Source: a virus (Duplodnaviria; Heunggongvirae; Uroviricota; Caudoviricetes). From it: a stretch of DNA of 7,999 nt. The notes beneath the pieces are model-generated. The model was not told the DNA's origin. It did not search any database and worked only from the letters and a program-made list of their open reading frames with translations. The DNA lies in IMG/VR virus record IMGVR_UViG_2684622669_000018, positions 1-7,999 of that record. One strand, given 5' to 3'. The position numbers and the translations under genes are program-made. Shown here in pieces: positions 1-6,957 of this stretch (position 1 is its first letter; each line of letters opens with the position of its first letter).

Positions 1-1074
1 TCATTTGTTGATTTCAATTTTGTCCCATTCTCTCCCTCGGCTGTCCCTATACCGCGCCGCCATTGAATCTGATTTATGCCCGAGAAGACGTTGAGCAAAC
101 TTATCGCCAATCTGATTCCGGTATAGCCTCGCCGACAGGCTACGCAGTTCATGGAATGTTGGCGGGTCTCCATCAAATGAGAGTCCAGATGCATTTCTCG
201 CCTTTGTAAAATACTTAGATACTGTTTTCGGGGAAAGCGGTTCGTGATGCGTTGATGCAATTATTGTTTCACTGCCGCTGGTCTCCCTGCATTTCTGTAG
301 TGTATCAGCCAATGAAATATTGAGCGCGTCAATCGTTAGCGTCAGCGGAATGGCGAGCTTAGCCCCTGTTTTACCCTGTTCAATGTGAAGATGGTTGTCG
401 TTTATGTCTGACCATTTCATTTTGCACAAATCGCCGACTCTCTGACCTGTAACGACGGCCAAATCCATCGCAAGCCTCAGCCAGATTGGGAGAGGTTCGG
501 CTGCATGGTGAATTGCGACATACTCATTAGCTGTCAGCCTTGAGCGCCTTACTTCTGACTTTGCTGTGCGGGTTGCTGTTACCGGATTCGTAGCCACATG
601 CCCCTCGGCTATTGCCTCACGAAAAACGTCAACAAGGGTTGACCTGATTAATTTTGCGGAAGCCGCTTTACCTTCTGCTACGTAGGTGTTTAGCATTGCT
701 GCCACCTCTTTCGTTGATATGTCTGCGAGCGGTTTGTCCGGCAATTTTCTTCGGATTGCCCTGATTTTGCTGGCGTAGTCGAGTAGAGTTTTCGGCCTGA
801 TACCCCTCTCGCTGAGGATTGTTTCATATCGGTCAAGCCACGCATGAAGAGTGATTGCGTCAGCGCCTTTAATTCTGTCTATCAGTGACTCACGCCTGTT
901 CCCGGATAGCAACTCAATATTGGCCTGTATAGCTTCAGTGATTGCTATACGTCTGTCTCGGCCTAATCCGAACTCTTTACCCGTCCTTGGGTCCCTGTAG
1001 CAGTAATATCCATTGTTTCTTATATAAAGATTAGGGGGTAAATCCCGGCGCTCATGACTTCGCCTTCTTCCCAT
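1..1074 (-). CDS. int: Tyrosine integrase, lambda Int-like (357 aa, complete)
   Basis: ATG at 1074..1072, TGA at 3..1. N-terminus MGRRRSHERRDLPPNLYIRNNGYYCYRDPRTGKEFGLGRDRRIAITEAIQANIEL matches lambda Int as I recall it; C-terminal HELRSLSARLY ... LLGHKSD ... RY fits the tyrosine-recombinase catalytic signature. The 5' end overlaps the xis 3' end by 23 nt, as in lambda. Confidence 0.95.
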   Translation of the reverse strand: MGRRRSHERRDLPPNLYIRNNGYYCYRDPRTGKEFGLGRDRRIAITEAIQANIELLSGNRRESLIDRIKGADAITLHAWLDRYETILSERGIRPKTLLDYASKIRAIRRKLPDKPLADISTKEVAAMLNTYVAEGKAASAKLIRSTLVDVFREAIAEGHVATNPVTATRTAKSEVRRSRLTANEYVAIHHAAEPLPIWLRLAMDLAVVTGQRVGDLCKMKWSDINDNHLHIEQGKTGAKLAIPLTLTIDALNISLADTLQKCRETSGSETIIASTHHEPLSPKTVSKYFTKARNASGLSFDGDPPTFHELRSLSARLYRNQIGDKFAQRLLGHKSDSMAARYRDSRGREWDKIEINK

Positions 1075-1270
1075 TTCTGATCCTCTTCAAAAGGCTACCT
1101 GTTACTGGTCGATTTAAGTCAACCTTTACCGCTGATTCGTGGAACAGATACTCTCTTCCATCCTTAACCGGAGGAGGGAATATCCTGCACTCGCGTACCC
1201 ATCGACGAACTGTTTCAAGGCTTCTTGGGCGTCGCTGGCGTGCGTTCCACTCCTGAAGTGTCAAGTACAT
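1052..1270 (-). CDS. xis: Excisionase, lambda Xis-like (72 aa)
   Basis: ATG at 1270..1268, TGA at 1054..1052. MYLTLQEWNARQRRPRSLETVRRWVRECRIFPPPVKDGREYLFHESAVKVDLNRPVTG is near-identical to lambda Xis as recalled; the gene sits directly upstream of and overlapping int. Confidence 0.92.
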   Translation of the reverse strand: MYLTLQEWNARQRRPRSLETVRRWVRECRIFPPPVKDGREYLFHESAVKVDLNRPVTGSLLKRIRNGKKAKS

Positions 1271-1294
1271 CGCAAAGTCTCCGCAATTACACGC

Positions 1295-1317
1295 AAGAAA
1301 AGCCGCATTGATGCGGC
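1295..1317 (-). terminator. Candidate intrinsic terminator or attenuator between the 114-aa gene and xis
   Basis: Plus strand gccgca-ttga-tgcggc (1302..1317) forms a 6-bp GC-rich stem with a 4-nt loop. On the minus-strand transcript it is followed by UUUUCUU (plus 1295..1301). A second weaker hairpin, gcctca/tgaggc, lies at 1352..1370. Confidence 0.3.
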
Positions 1318-1375
1318 AATGGTAGGTCTGGATATCTTGAGAAATGAACAGGCCTCATTGAGTGTGAGGCTGTGG

Positions 1376-1720
1376 TTAGTCCTTGCGTAGCTCGCTAATT
1401 CTTCTGTAAGTCTCTGGTGCTTTGTTTCCGTGTATCTTCATTTCAGACTTCAACAGAGCGACGAGGGAATCCCATTCGTTGAGGATGCCTTTGAATGCCG
1501 GAACGCGCTTTGCAACCTTGTCGAATGAATCTCTGATTTCTGGAATCTGCTCAACAAGTGCAACGCATCGCCGGAAGTCTGCTGCGTCATGTGGAGCGCC
1601 GAAGTGATGACCATAGATATTCTTTTTCAGTCCACATGCGATTGAGGCAAGAGTTGCGCTACTGATGCCAACATCGCCAGTCGATTGCCATTTCAAAACC
1701 TTCATAGCCAAATCTGACAT
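1376..1720 (-). CDS. Hypothetical protein (114 aa), function unknown
   Basis: ATG at 1720..1718 preceded by GGAGA with 6-nt spacing; TAA at 1378..1376. It lies in the lambda ea8.5/ea22 position next to xis, but I recognise no family. Confidence 0.6.
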   Translation of the reverse strand: MSDLAMKVLKWQSTGDVGISSATLASIACGLKKNIYGHHFGAPHDAADFRRCVALVEQIPEIRDSFDKVAKRVPAFKGILNEWDSLVALLKSEMKIHGNKAPETYRRISELRKD

Positions 1721-1758
1721 TTCTTGTCTCCATAAAACAAAACCCGCCGTAGCGAGTT

Positions 1759-1791
1759 CAGATAAAAGAAATCCCCGCGAGTGCGAGGATT
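1759..1791 (-). terminator. Candidate internal intrinsic terminator or attenuator
   Basis: Imperfect hairpin aaatccccgcgagtgcgaggatt (1769..1791; about 9 bp with one mismatch and one G-U). On the minus-strand transcript it is followed by a U-rich tract (plus cagataaaagaa, 1759..1770). It lies between the 98-aa and 114-aa genes. Confidence 0.25.
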
Positions 1792-1838
1792 GTTATTCAT
1801 TGCCGATATTCACCTTTATCGCGAACACCTTTACCGGT

Positions 1839-2135
1839 TTATCTCCTTTGCATGGCGCGTAATTTTTTCAGATGGTTCTCCTGCTCTGTTTCAGCCAGAA
1901 TTTGTCGGTATTCCTGGTGATCGATCCGTTCAAACAGTTCATTAAAATCGTTTATTTTTACCGACTGTGTTCGCCCATCCATTCTTCTGTACAACACAGT
2001 GTTGTTTATGCAGCGAAGAATTTTTATCGGGTAGCCGGCGCTATCGGTGTATATCTGACCACGTTGAATCAGAGCGAACATTCCTTTATCCCCAGCGGAA
2101 AAGCGAATACAGAATAAATGCCACCGCGATTGCAA
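1839..2135 (-). CDS. Hypothetical protein (98 aa from TTG, or 80 aa from ATG at 2081)
   Basis: The ORF-track start at 2135..2133 is TTG, immediately abutting AGGAG (0-nt spacer). The first in-frame ATG is at 2081..2079 with a weak AAAGGA directly adjacent. TAA at 1841..1839. Start uncertain; no family recognised. Confidence 0.45.
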   Translation of the reverse strand: MQSRWHLFCIRFSAGDKGMFALIQRGQIYTDSAGYPIKILRCINNTVLYRRMDGRTQSVKINDFNELFERIDHQEYRQILAETEQENHLKKLRAMQRR

Positions 2136-2155
2136 CTCCTACAGCGGTGAATGCT

Positions 2156-2818
2156 TCAGGCCAATTCATCATTCACTCCCTGCGGCGGTTCTGGTAGCAG
2201 CATCCAGTACAAGGCGTTCCCTAACCACGATAAAGTGCCGTCGCTCAACTCCACGTATTCCCCTTGTACCTGTCCTGCCATATACTCGCCGTGCTTTGAA
2301 TAAATTAAAACCCAATCGTCTTGAGCGGGAATTCGCTCACTACAGCTTATCCAACCATCCGGAGTTACCGGAGAGTTGCCACCGGGAATATTTTCCGGAA
2401 TATTTTGTTGTGCGTTTTGTGGTTGTTCGGATTTACCCTGAAGCATGGCGGCGCGGCAGGCGTTCCAGCCAGCTGTTCGCCCAAGCGCGTAAACTTCAGA
2501 TGGATCAAGATAATCAATGTCATGCCCGTCCTCATCGTCGTTCTCAGGTAATGCAGCAGGTACTACTGGTACTGGAGGGGCGGCATAAACAGGAATAACG
2601 TCCGATTGATCTTTATTGCTTTCATCCGTCAAAGCCCAGAATAATTTTCCGGCCGGATGTTTGAAAATATAAGCAACTGGCTCTGCTTCCAGTGATGCCA
2701 GTGCAATTCGTGCCAGTTCTTCCGCTTCTTCTGCTGGCAGTACAACGTTGCTACCAGGTCCGTATGTTTCGCGCCACTGCTTGATTGTCAGCAGTCGCTC
2801 TTTGGTAATAGTGGTCAT
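2156..2818 (-). CDS. DUF551 domain-containing phage protein (220 aa)
   Basis: ATG at 2818..2816 preceded by AGGAA with 7-nt spacing; TGA at 2158..2156. The C-terminus PDGWISCSERIP...WVLIY...LSWLGNALYWMLLPEPP fits the DUF551 pattern common in lambdoid early regions. The central region is Pro/Asp/Glu-rich and looks like a low-complexity linker. Its ATG overlaps the upstream gene's TGA (ATGA at 2818..2815). Confidence 0.8.
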   Translation of the reverse strand: MTTITKERLLTIKQWRETYGPGSNVVLPAEEAEELARIALASLEAEPVAYIFKHPAGKLFWALTDESNKDQSDVIPVYAAPPVPVVPAALPENDDEDGHDIDYLDPSEVYALGRTAGWNACRAAMLQGKSEQPQNAQQNIPENIPGGNSPVTPDGWISCSERIPAQDDWVLIYSKHGEYMAGQVQGEYVELSDGTLSWLGNALYWMLLPEPPQGVNDELA

Positions 2819-3330
2819 GCCGCGTTTCCTTCTTTCTTATTAACAATTACACCGTCATATATTTCATTAAGGTGCCCTCTCAACTCCATGCGCCTTAATG
2901 CAGATAACATGTAATCGCATTCAACCTGCTTATTTCCAGTAAATGGCTTATCGTCAGGATTACCCCAACAGCAATTACCCTTGGGCCACCCATGCACTTT
3001 CCGTACTCTTCCGTTAACAACGTGAAGTAATCCCCAGCCAGGTGGTAAATCCTCAACTGAAATAATTCCCGGCTCACTAATAAAGAATCGCCAGTCGCCC
3101 ATTCCAAGAGATGGATTTTTACGAAAACGCTTTTTTCTATCTGCCAACAAGTCAGCACGAGAACACTTCGCCTCTATCAGGCATGATGCTGAATTTCTGA
3201 ATCCCATAGCATCTGGCTGTTCTCCGGTACTGGTTACAGCTATAAAGCGGTCATGAAAACAAACCTTGAACCCGTTGCGCTTAAGGAACTTATACGCAAT
3301 CTGACAGAGTTCGCGGTGTGTTAACGCCAT
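2815..3330 (-). CDS. Putative PD-(D/E)xK-motif nuclease-like protein (171 aa; possibly MmcB-like), Cys-rich C-terminus
   Basis: The ORF-track ORF 2815..3492 is a 5' over-extension that overlaps the Ea22-like gene. The internal ATG at 3330..3328 is preceded by AGGAGAG with 4-nt spacing and lies 1 nt after the Ea22-like TGA (3334..3332). The motif GEQPDAMGF...SCLIEAKCSRADLL resembles the PD...ExK nuclease signature; the C-terminus carries a GNCCWGNPDD...ECD cysteine cluster. Confidence 0.6.
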   Translation of the reverse strand: MALTHRELCQIAYKFLKRNGFKVCFHDRFIAVTSTGEQPDAMGFRNSASCLIEAKCSRADLLADRKKRFRKNPSLGMGDWRFFISEPGIISVEDLPPGWGLLHVVNGRVRKVHGWPKGNCCWGNPDDKPFTGNKQVECDYMLSALRRMELRGHLNEIYDGVIVNKKEGNAA

Positions 3331-3331
3331 A

Positions 3332-3991
3332 TCACTCTCCTTTGATGCGAATGTCAGCGGCGCGCTCGGCTTCACTTTGTTCCCAAAACCACTTGTGAAG
3401 CTCCATGAGCTTTTCGTCAATCGGTGCATATTTGCGATTAAAGTAGGCCTGAGCATCTTTCTCAGATTCGTCCGGCAATTCGCCTGGGCCAAACAGTGTG
3501 TTATAAATCCATGCCAGTCCGCTTTTAGCGTCGCCAGTTGCCTGCCATTCGATAATCGCAGCCTGCATGACCAGAATGTTTTTCCCGATTAACAGGTCCA
3601 GCTCTTTGAACCGGTTGCGGATGTATGCATTCTCGCTTTGTAATTTTGCGTTGCGCTTCTCTGCGGCTTCCAGCTCAACACGCAGCTTCCCTACAGTTAG
3701 CGCAATTTCCTCGTTCTCCTGATCGCGGCGTTTTATGTATTGCTGGTTTCTTTCCCGTTCATCCAGCAGTGCCTGCACTACTTCAGGGTTGAAAGCTGCG
3801 ATATAACGAGCATTAGCAGCAGCTTTTTTCTGTCCATCAAACCCAGGCCATTTGATAACATCTTCGCATCGTTTATCACCTGGCGTATGCACCGCATACG
3901 TACCAGTACCCGGCGAAATAAATGCGACCCATTCGCCCTGTGTTGCCTGTTTTGCTAACTCACGCAGTGCCTGATAGTCAATCTTGCTCAC
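3332..3991 (-). CDS. Ead/Ea22-like family phage protein (219 aa from GTG start)
   Basis: The ORF-track start at 4183 is a GTG with no SD, inside the Lar-like gene. GTG at 3991..3989 is preceded by AAGGAGG with 6-nt spacing. The N-terminal domain (IDYQALRELAKQATQGEWVAF...ARYIAAFNPEVVQALLDERE) and the coiled-coil middle resemble the Ead/Ea22 family as recalled. TGA at 3334..3332. Confidence 0.65.
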   Translation of the reverse strand: MSKIDYQALRELAKQATQGEWVAFISPGTGTYAVHTPGDKRCEDVIKWPGFDGQKKAAANARYIAAFNPEVVQALLDERERNQQYIKRRDQENEEIALTVGKLRVELEAAEKRNAKLQSENAYIRNRFKELDLLIGKNILVMQAAIIEWQATGDAKSGLAWIYNTLFGPGELPDESEKDAQAYFNRKYAPIDEKLMELHKWFWEQSEAERAADIRIKGE

Positions 3992-4211
3992 TGTTTGCCT
4001 CCTTTGCTCGCTGATTCCACTCTGCTCTAACCTCTGAATAAAAAATCGCGCAGTCATTTCCAGGCGCTGCATATTTGCTACCAGATTGAGCGCGACACGT
4101 ACCGCATCGAACGAAATAGAATCGACCGCCAGAGCCATATTCAGGGTGATCTGCTTCGCTGGCAACGTGCGCTGCACCGCCACAGAATGGACATGGTAGT
4201 AGGTTGCTCAT
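3978..4211 (-). CDS. lar: Lar-family restriction-alleviation protein (zinc ribbon, 77 aa)
   Basis: ATG at 4211..4209 preceded by GGGAG; TGA at 3980..3978. Protein [12 protein letters not shown]...RCGTC carries the CPFCG plus CxxC four-cysteine ribbon typical of Lar/RalR-like proteins. The start overlaps the stop of the 186-aa gene as ATGA (4211..4208). The longer ORF-track version (from 4244) is an in-frame 5' extension. Confidence 0.75.
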   Translation of the reverse strand: MSNLLPCPFCGGAAHVASEADHPEYGSGGRFYFVRCGTCRAQSGSKYAAPGNDCAIFYSEVRAEWNQRAKEANSEQD

Positions 4212-4768
4212 GAATGCACTCCCTTGTGAAGCTGTTCCGCACAATGCAGCAGGGCGTCAGTCGCCTCTTTCACCGTAACGCAGTCGCCATCGTCCAGCCC
4301 GGACACCGACGCGTGCTTAACGAACGCCGCGTAAAGGTCATCAAACGCCTTAGCCCGGACTTCAGCCAGGAAAGCATCGGTGGCTGGGGTGTCTGATTGC
4401 ATAGACTTTGCGCGATAATCATTCCACCCTCTTGCATATATGGGATTAACTTGCACCCCATCTTTTACGCAATATGCCTGCCCTCCACGGTTGATAACCT
4501 TGATTTCGTCCATAGCGCCAGACTTCAGCCCCGCATTCTCCGCCGCCAGCGCCGAAAACTTCTCGTGTGCCAACTTAACAGCCGCATCAGCCTGCTTAAT
4601 TGACTCAATCGCTTTCTGGTGGTCTTCGGACAGAGCCGAAATCTTGGCCTCCGCTTCAGCAAATTTACGCACCAGATATTCAGCGTTTGTTTCGTTAACC
4701 TTTAAATCTCGTGGGATGCATTGACCTTTCAGAAAACCATCCATCTCAATTAGTGACATTTGTTTCAT
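4208..4768 (-). CDS. Hypothetical protein (186 aa), predicted coiled-coil N-terminal half
   Basis: ATG at 4768..4766 (GGAG about 9 nt upstream); TGA at 4210..4208. The N-terminal half is Ala/Glu/Lys-rich and heptad-like. No family recognised. Translationally coupled to the Lar-like gene. Confidence 0.65.
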   Translation of the reverse strand: MKQMSLIEMDGFLKGQCIPRDLKVNETNAEYLVRKFAEAEAKISALSEDHQKAIESIKQADAAVKLAHEKFSALAAENAGLKSGAMDEIKVINRGGQAYCVKDGVQVNPIYARGWNDYRAKSMQSDTPATDAFLAEVRAKAFDDLYAAFVKHASVSGLDDGDCVTVKEATDALLHCAEQLHKGVHS

Positions 4769-4945
4769 TTCTTCCCACTCCGCAACATCGCATTCAGATA
4801 TTTGTTTTGATTCACTGATGGAAAAGAATTTCTCTTAAGCAATTCCTCTCTCGATGGCATTGGCTTTACGCGTTAGAGAATAATCATTTCTGCCGGAAGA
4901 ATGCCGGGATTGTATGCAAGTCCTCTCATGGTAAATTCCTCTTTG

Positions 4946-5260
4946 TTAATTTATTCGTATGCCTGCTCTTTCTTCATCGAGTTTTTTTAGCTTGTATCGC
5001 ATAGCTCTTACTGAATAAATTGAGCGGCAGGTTGCAATTGCTATTTCTTCCGCGGTGAACTTACCGAAAAGTGATACTTCGGCTCTTGTCCATCGTCTTC
5101 CACGAAGTCGGCTAACAATGTCAGCGCCAATCCTTGTTGCTTTCGCCATAACTGCTTTTTCAGTCCTTTCCAGTTTTTCAGCGATAACTTCAACTGGCAT
5201 TGTCGCCGCTACTTCGCGCAAGAAATCGACTTCCCATTTCTCCCATGGAGTCTTTTTCAT
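4946..5260 (-). CDS. Hypothetical protein with two Myb/SANT-like repeats (104 aa); possible DNA-binding protein
   Basis: ATG at 5260..5258, 11 nt after the Gp157 TAA, with no clear SD (probable coupling). Internal duplication: WEKWEVDFLREV...EVIAEKLERTEKAV and WTRAEVSLFGKFTAEEIAIATCRSIYSVRAM. TAA at 4948..4946. Confidence 0.55.
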   Translation of the reverse strand: MKKTPWEKWEVDFLREVAATMPVEVIAEKLERTEKAVMAKATRIGADIVSRLRGRRWTRAEVSLFGKFTAEEIAIATCRSIYSVRAMRYKLKKLDEERAGIRIN

Positions 5261-5271
5261 AGGCGATACCG

Positions 5272-5754
5272 TTATTTGATAAGAAGTGAAGGTTTCCCAA
5301 CTTTGAGTTGAGCGCCGGGGATATTTATTCCTGCTTTTAGTTGGTGTTTGATTGCCAACTTGTCGGCTTTAATTGTTGTTTCAAACTCAACGTATTCAGG
5401 AGGAAGGGCGCTTGAGTCGATGATTTCTACAGTTTCTGACGGTTTGCGGATTGTTACCTGGTGAATACCTGCTCGCATCTTTTTCTTGCCAACCATTTCA
5501 AGCGATGACGCTATATATGATTTGATGCTGTCAATCTTATTTTGAATTACTGCGGCTCGTTCATTCAGTGACTTTGCCTCTTCCTTGAGGCGTTCAGCAT
5601 AACCAGATTCATTTTTAATAATGGCGAGAAGTTGCTCTATTTTATCGGTAAATTCTCCTTCCATGCCTTCTATTGTGTCAGCAATCATCTCTGGTTCTAA
5701 ATCTGAATCCATCAATTTTGCGTATTCATTGGCTATTTCATATAGTTTGCTCAC
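5272..5754 (-). CDS. Siphovirus Gp157-family protein (about 160 aa)
   Basis: (V)SKLYEIANEYAKLMD...IADTIEGMEGEF...EMVGKKKMRAGIHQVTIRK...VEIIDSSALPPEY fits the Gp157 family usually found beside phage annealing proteins. The ORF-track start is TTG at 5760; GTG at 5754 has GGAGG 6 nt upstream and is preferred. The 5' end overlaps the recT 3' end. TAA at 5274..5272. Confidence 0.8.
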   Translation of the reverse strand: MSKLYEIANEYAKLMDSDLEPEMIADTIEGMEGEFTDKIEQLLAIIKNESGYAERLKEEAKSLNERAAVIQNKIDSIKSYIASSLEMVGKKKMRAGIHQVTIRKPSETVEIIDSSALPPEYVEFETTIKADKLAIKHQLKAGINIPGAQLKVGKPSLLIK

Positions 5755-6649
5755 TGGCAACCTCCAGTTTCGCTTTGCATTCCATGTAAATGGCTTGTAC
5801 GTTCTGCTGCAATTTCATTCCAGATGTCAGGCGATATGCTTCTGCAAAATATCGCTTCAAATCATCCATGTTTTCAGCCTGAGCCATTTCATCACAAAGA
5901 AGTTGTGCTTTTTCCATAATTTCCTGCTGTCGTTTCCGTTCATCTTCGCGGATATCTTCCTCTGATTTGTGCGGCATAACTGGTTCAGTCCACACACCTT
6001 CTTCTTCGTTTAGTACGTGAATAGCACTATCAAGACGTGATGCCTTAGGCCAATACTTGCTTGCACGCTTTACGACCGTCTTTCGCGCCATCTCATTCCA
6101 GTGATTTACCCATGGTCCTTTATCGCTGAATGCTGCCTTGCTTGTTTTCCTTACAGCCTCAATTTCAGCCAGACTCATCTCTTCCGTTAGATAATCACCT
6201 GCTGGCGTCTTAACTGTGCAGTAAACGCCAACAATATCACCACGATCACCGAAGGCGTTGTATTTATGGGTTGGTGCTTTATCAAGCCCGTTTGACTCAT
6301 AGGTATCGTTAGCATGAACAAGTTTTGCCTGACCCCATGAGATAACACCAGACTCCATTGCAATATGGAGCAATCCCATATAACTGATATCAAGGCACAC
6401 CATGCCGTCGCGCGGAACCAGATAAGCCAGTTTGCTAGCCGGGTTTAAGGTGATACCGATCGCCGCAACATTGATGATGGCGTTCTGTGCGCTGGTTGGA
6501 TTTGCCAGTGCTGTTTTAGCCAGGTAATCATTTTTCTGGAAATACTGAATTGCAAACTGGCTTTCCTTAGCCCATGTCACCGTCTGTTCAGTCAATGCTC
6601 CGCAGAATAACTGCTCTTGCTGTTTAACGAATTCAACGATATTGCTCAT
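5738..6649 (-). CDS. recT: RecT-family single-strand annealing protein (303 aa)
   Basis: ATG at 6649..6647 preceded by GGAG with 7-nt spacing; TGA at 5740..5738. The conserved block GPWVNHWNEMARKTVVKRASKYWP matches the RecT/Redbeta-superfamily core as recalled from Rac RecT (GPWVTHWEEMAKKT...). The start overlaps the stop of the upstream 103-aa gene as ATGA. Confidence 0.88.
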   Translation of the reverse strand: MSNIVEFVKQQEQLFCGALTEQTVTWAKESQFAIQYFQKNDYLAKTALANPTSAQNAIINVAAIGITLNPASKLAYLVPRDGMVCLDISYMGLLHIAMESGVISWGQAKLVHANDTYESNGLDKAPTHKYNAFGDRGDIVGVYCTVKTPAGDYLTEEMSLAEIEAVRKTSKAAFSDKGPWVNHWNEMARKTVVKRASKYWPKASRLDSAIHVLNEEEGVWTEPVMPHKSEEDIREDERKRQQEIMEKAQLLCDEMAQAENMDDLKRYFAEAYRLTSGMKLQQNVQAIYMECKAKLEVASEQTI

Positions 6650-6957
6650 GCTGCTTCTCCATAAACGTGTCTGCGTTTGAATATTGCGAAGGCATATTCA
6701 GCCTTAACTCTTTCGGTTATTGCATCCCAGAACCATTCAGCGGCTTTTTCCTGATAGTTACAGTCATAATCTTCCAGCCAGTCGATAGCTTCCTTAGTGT
6801 GTTCATCTGGTTTATATGAGCGAAGCATTTCGCTTATTGGGTCGCAACGTTTGCAGAGGCGATCAACTTCACTGTTGATTCGTTCGTAATCTTCATCAGT
6901 AAAACTTGCGATTATTTGCGATATTTCACGCTCATCTTTCAGAGTCAGAATCATCAT
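6646..6957 (-). CDS. Hypothetical acidic protein (103 aa)
   Basis: ATGATG at 6957..6952 preceded by AGGAG; TGA at 6648..6646. About 24 Asp/Glu against about 15 Lys/Arg; two CxxC-like spacings (C..C at RLCKRC). It occupies the position of lambda gam, immediately upstream of the annealing protein. Confidence 0.6.
   Translation of the reverse strand: MMILTLKDEREISQIIASFTDEDYERINSEVDRLCKRCDPISEMLRSYKPDEHTKEAIDWLEDYDCNYQEKAAEWFWDAITERVKAEYAFAIFKRRHVYGEAA

Noticed and set aside
2895-3158. Nested minus-strand ORF of 87 aa
   Set aside because: Lies entirely inside the nuclease-like gene in another frame; no motif or start signal. The same applies to 4270..4461 (inside the 186-aa gene) and 6187..6393 (inside recT).
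3331-3492. First 54 codons of ORF-track ORF 2815..3492
   Set aside because: Overlaps the 3' end of the Ea22-like gene in another frame with no SD; an internal ATG with a strong SD sits immediately after the upstream stop.
3992-4244. 5' extensions of the Ea22-like ORF (to 4183) and the Lar-like ORF (to 4244)
   Set aside because: The 4183 start is GTG with no SD inside the Lar-like coding region; the 4244 start has no SD and would overlap the 186-aa gene. Downstream starts have canonical SDs and tidy junctions.
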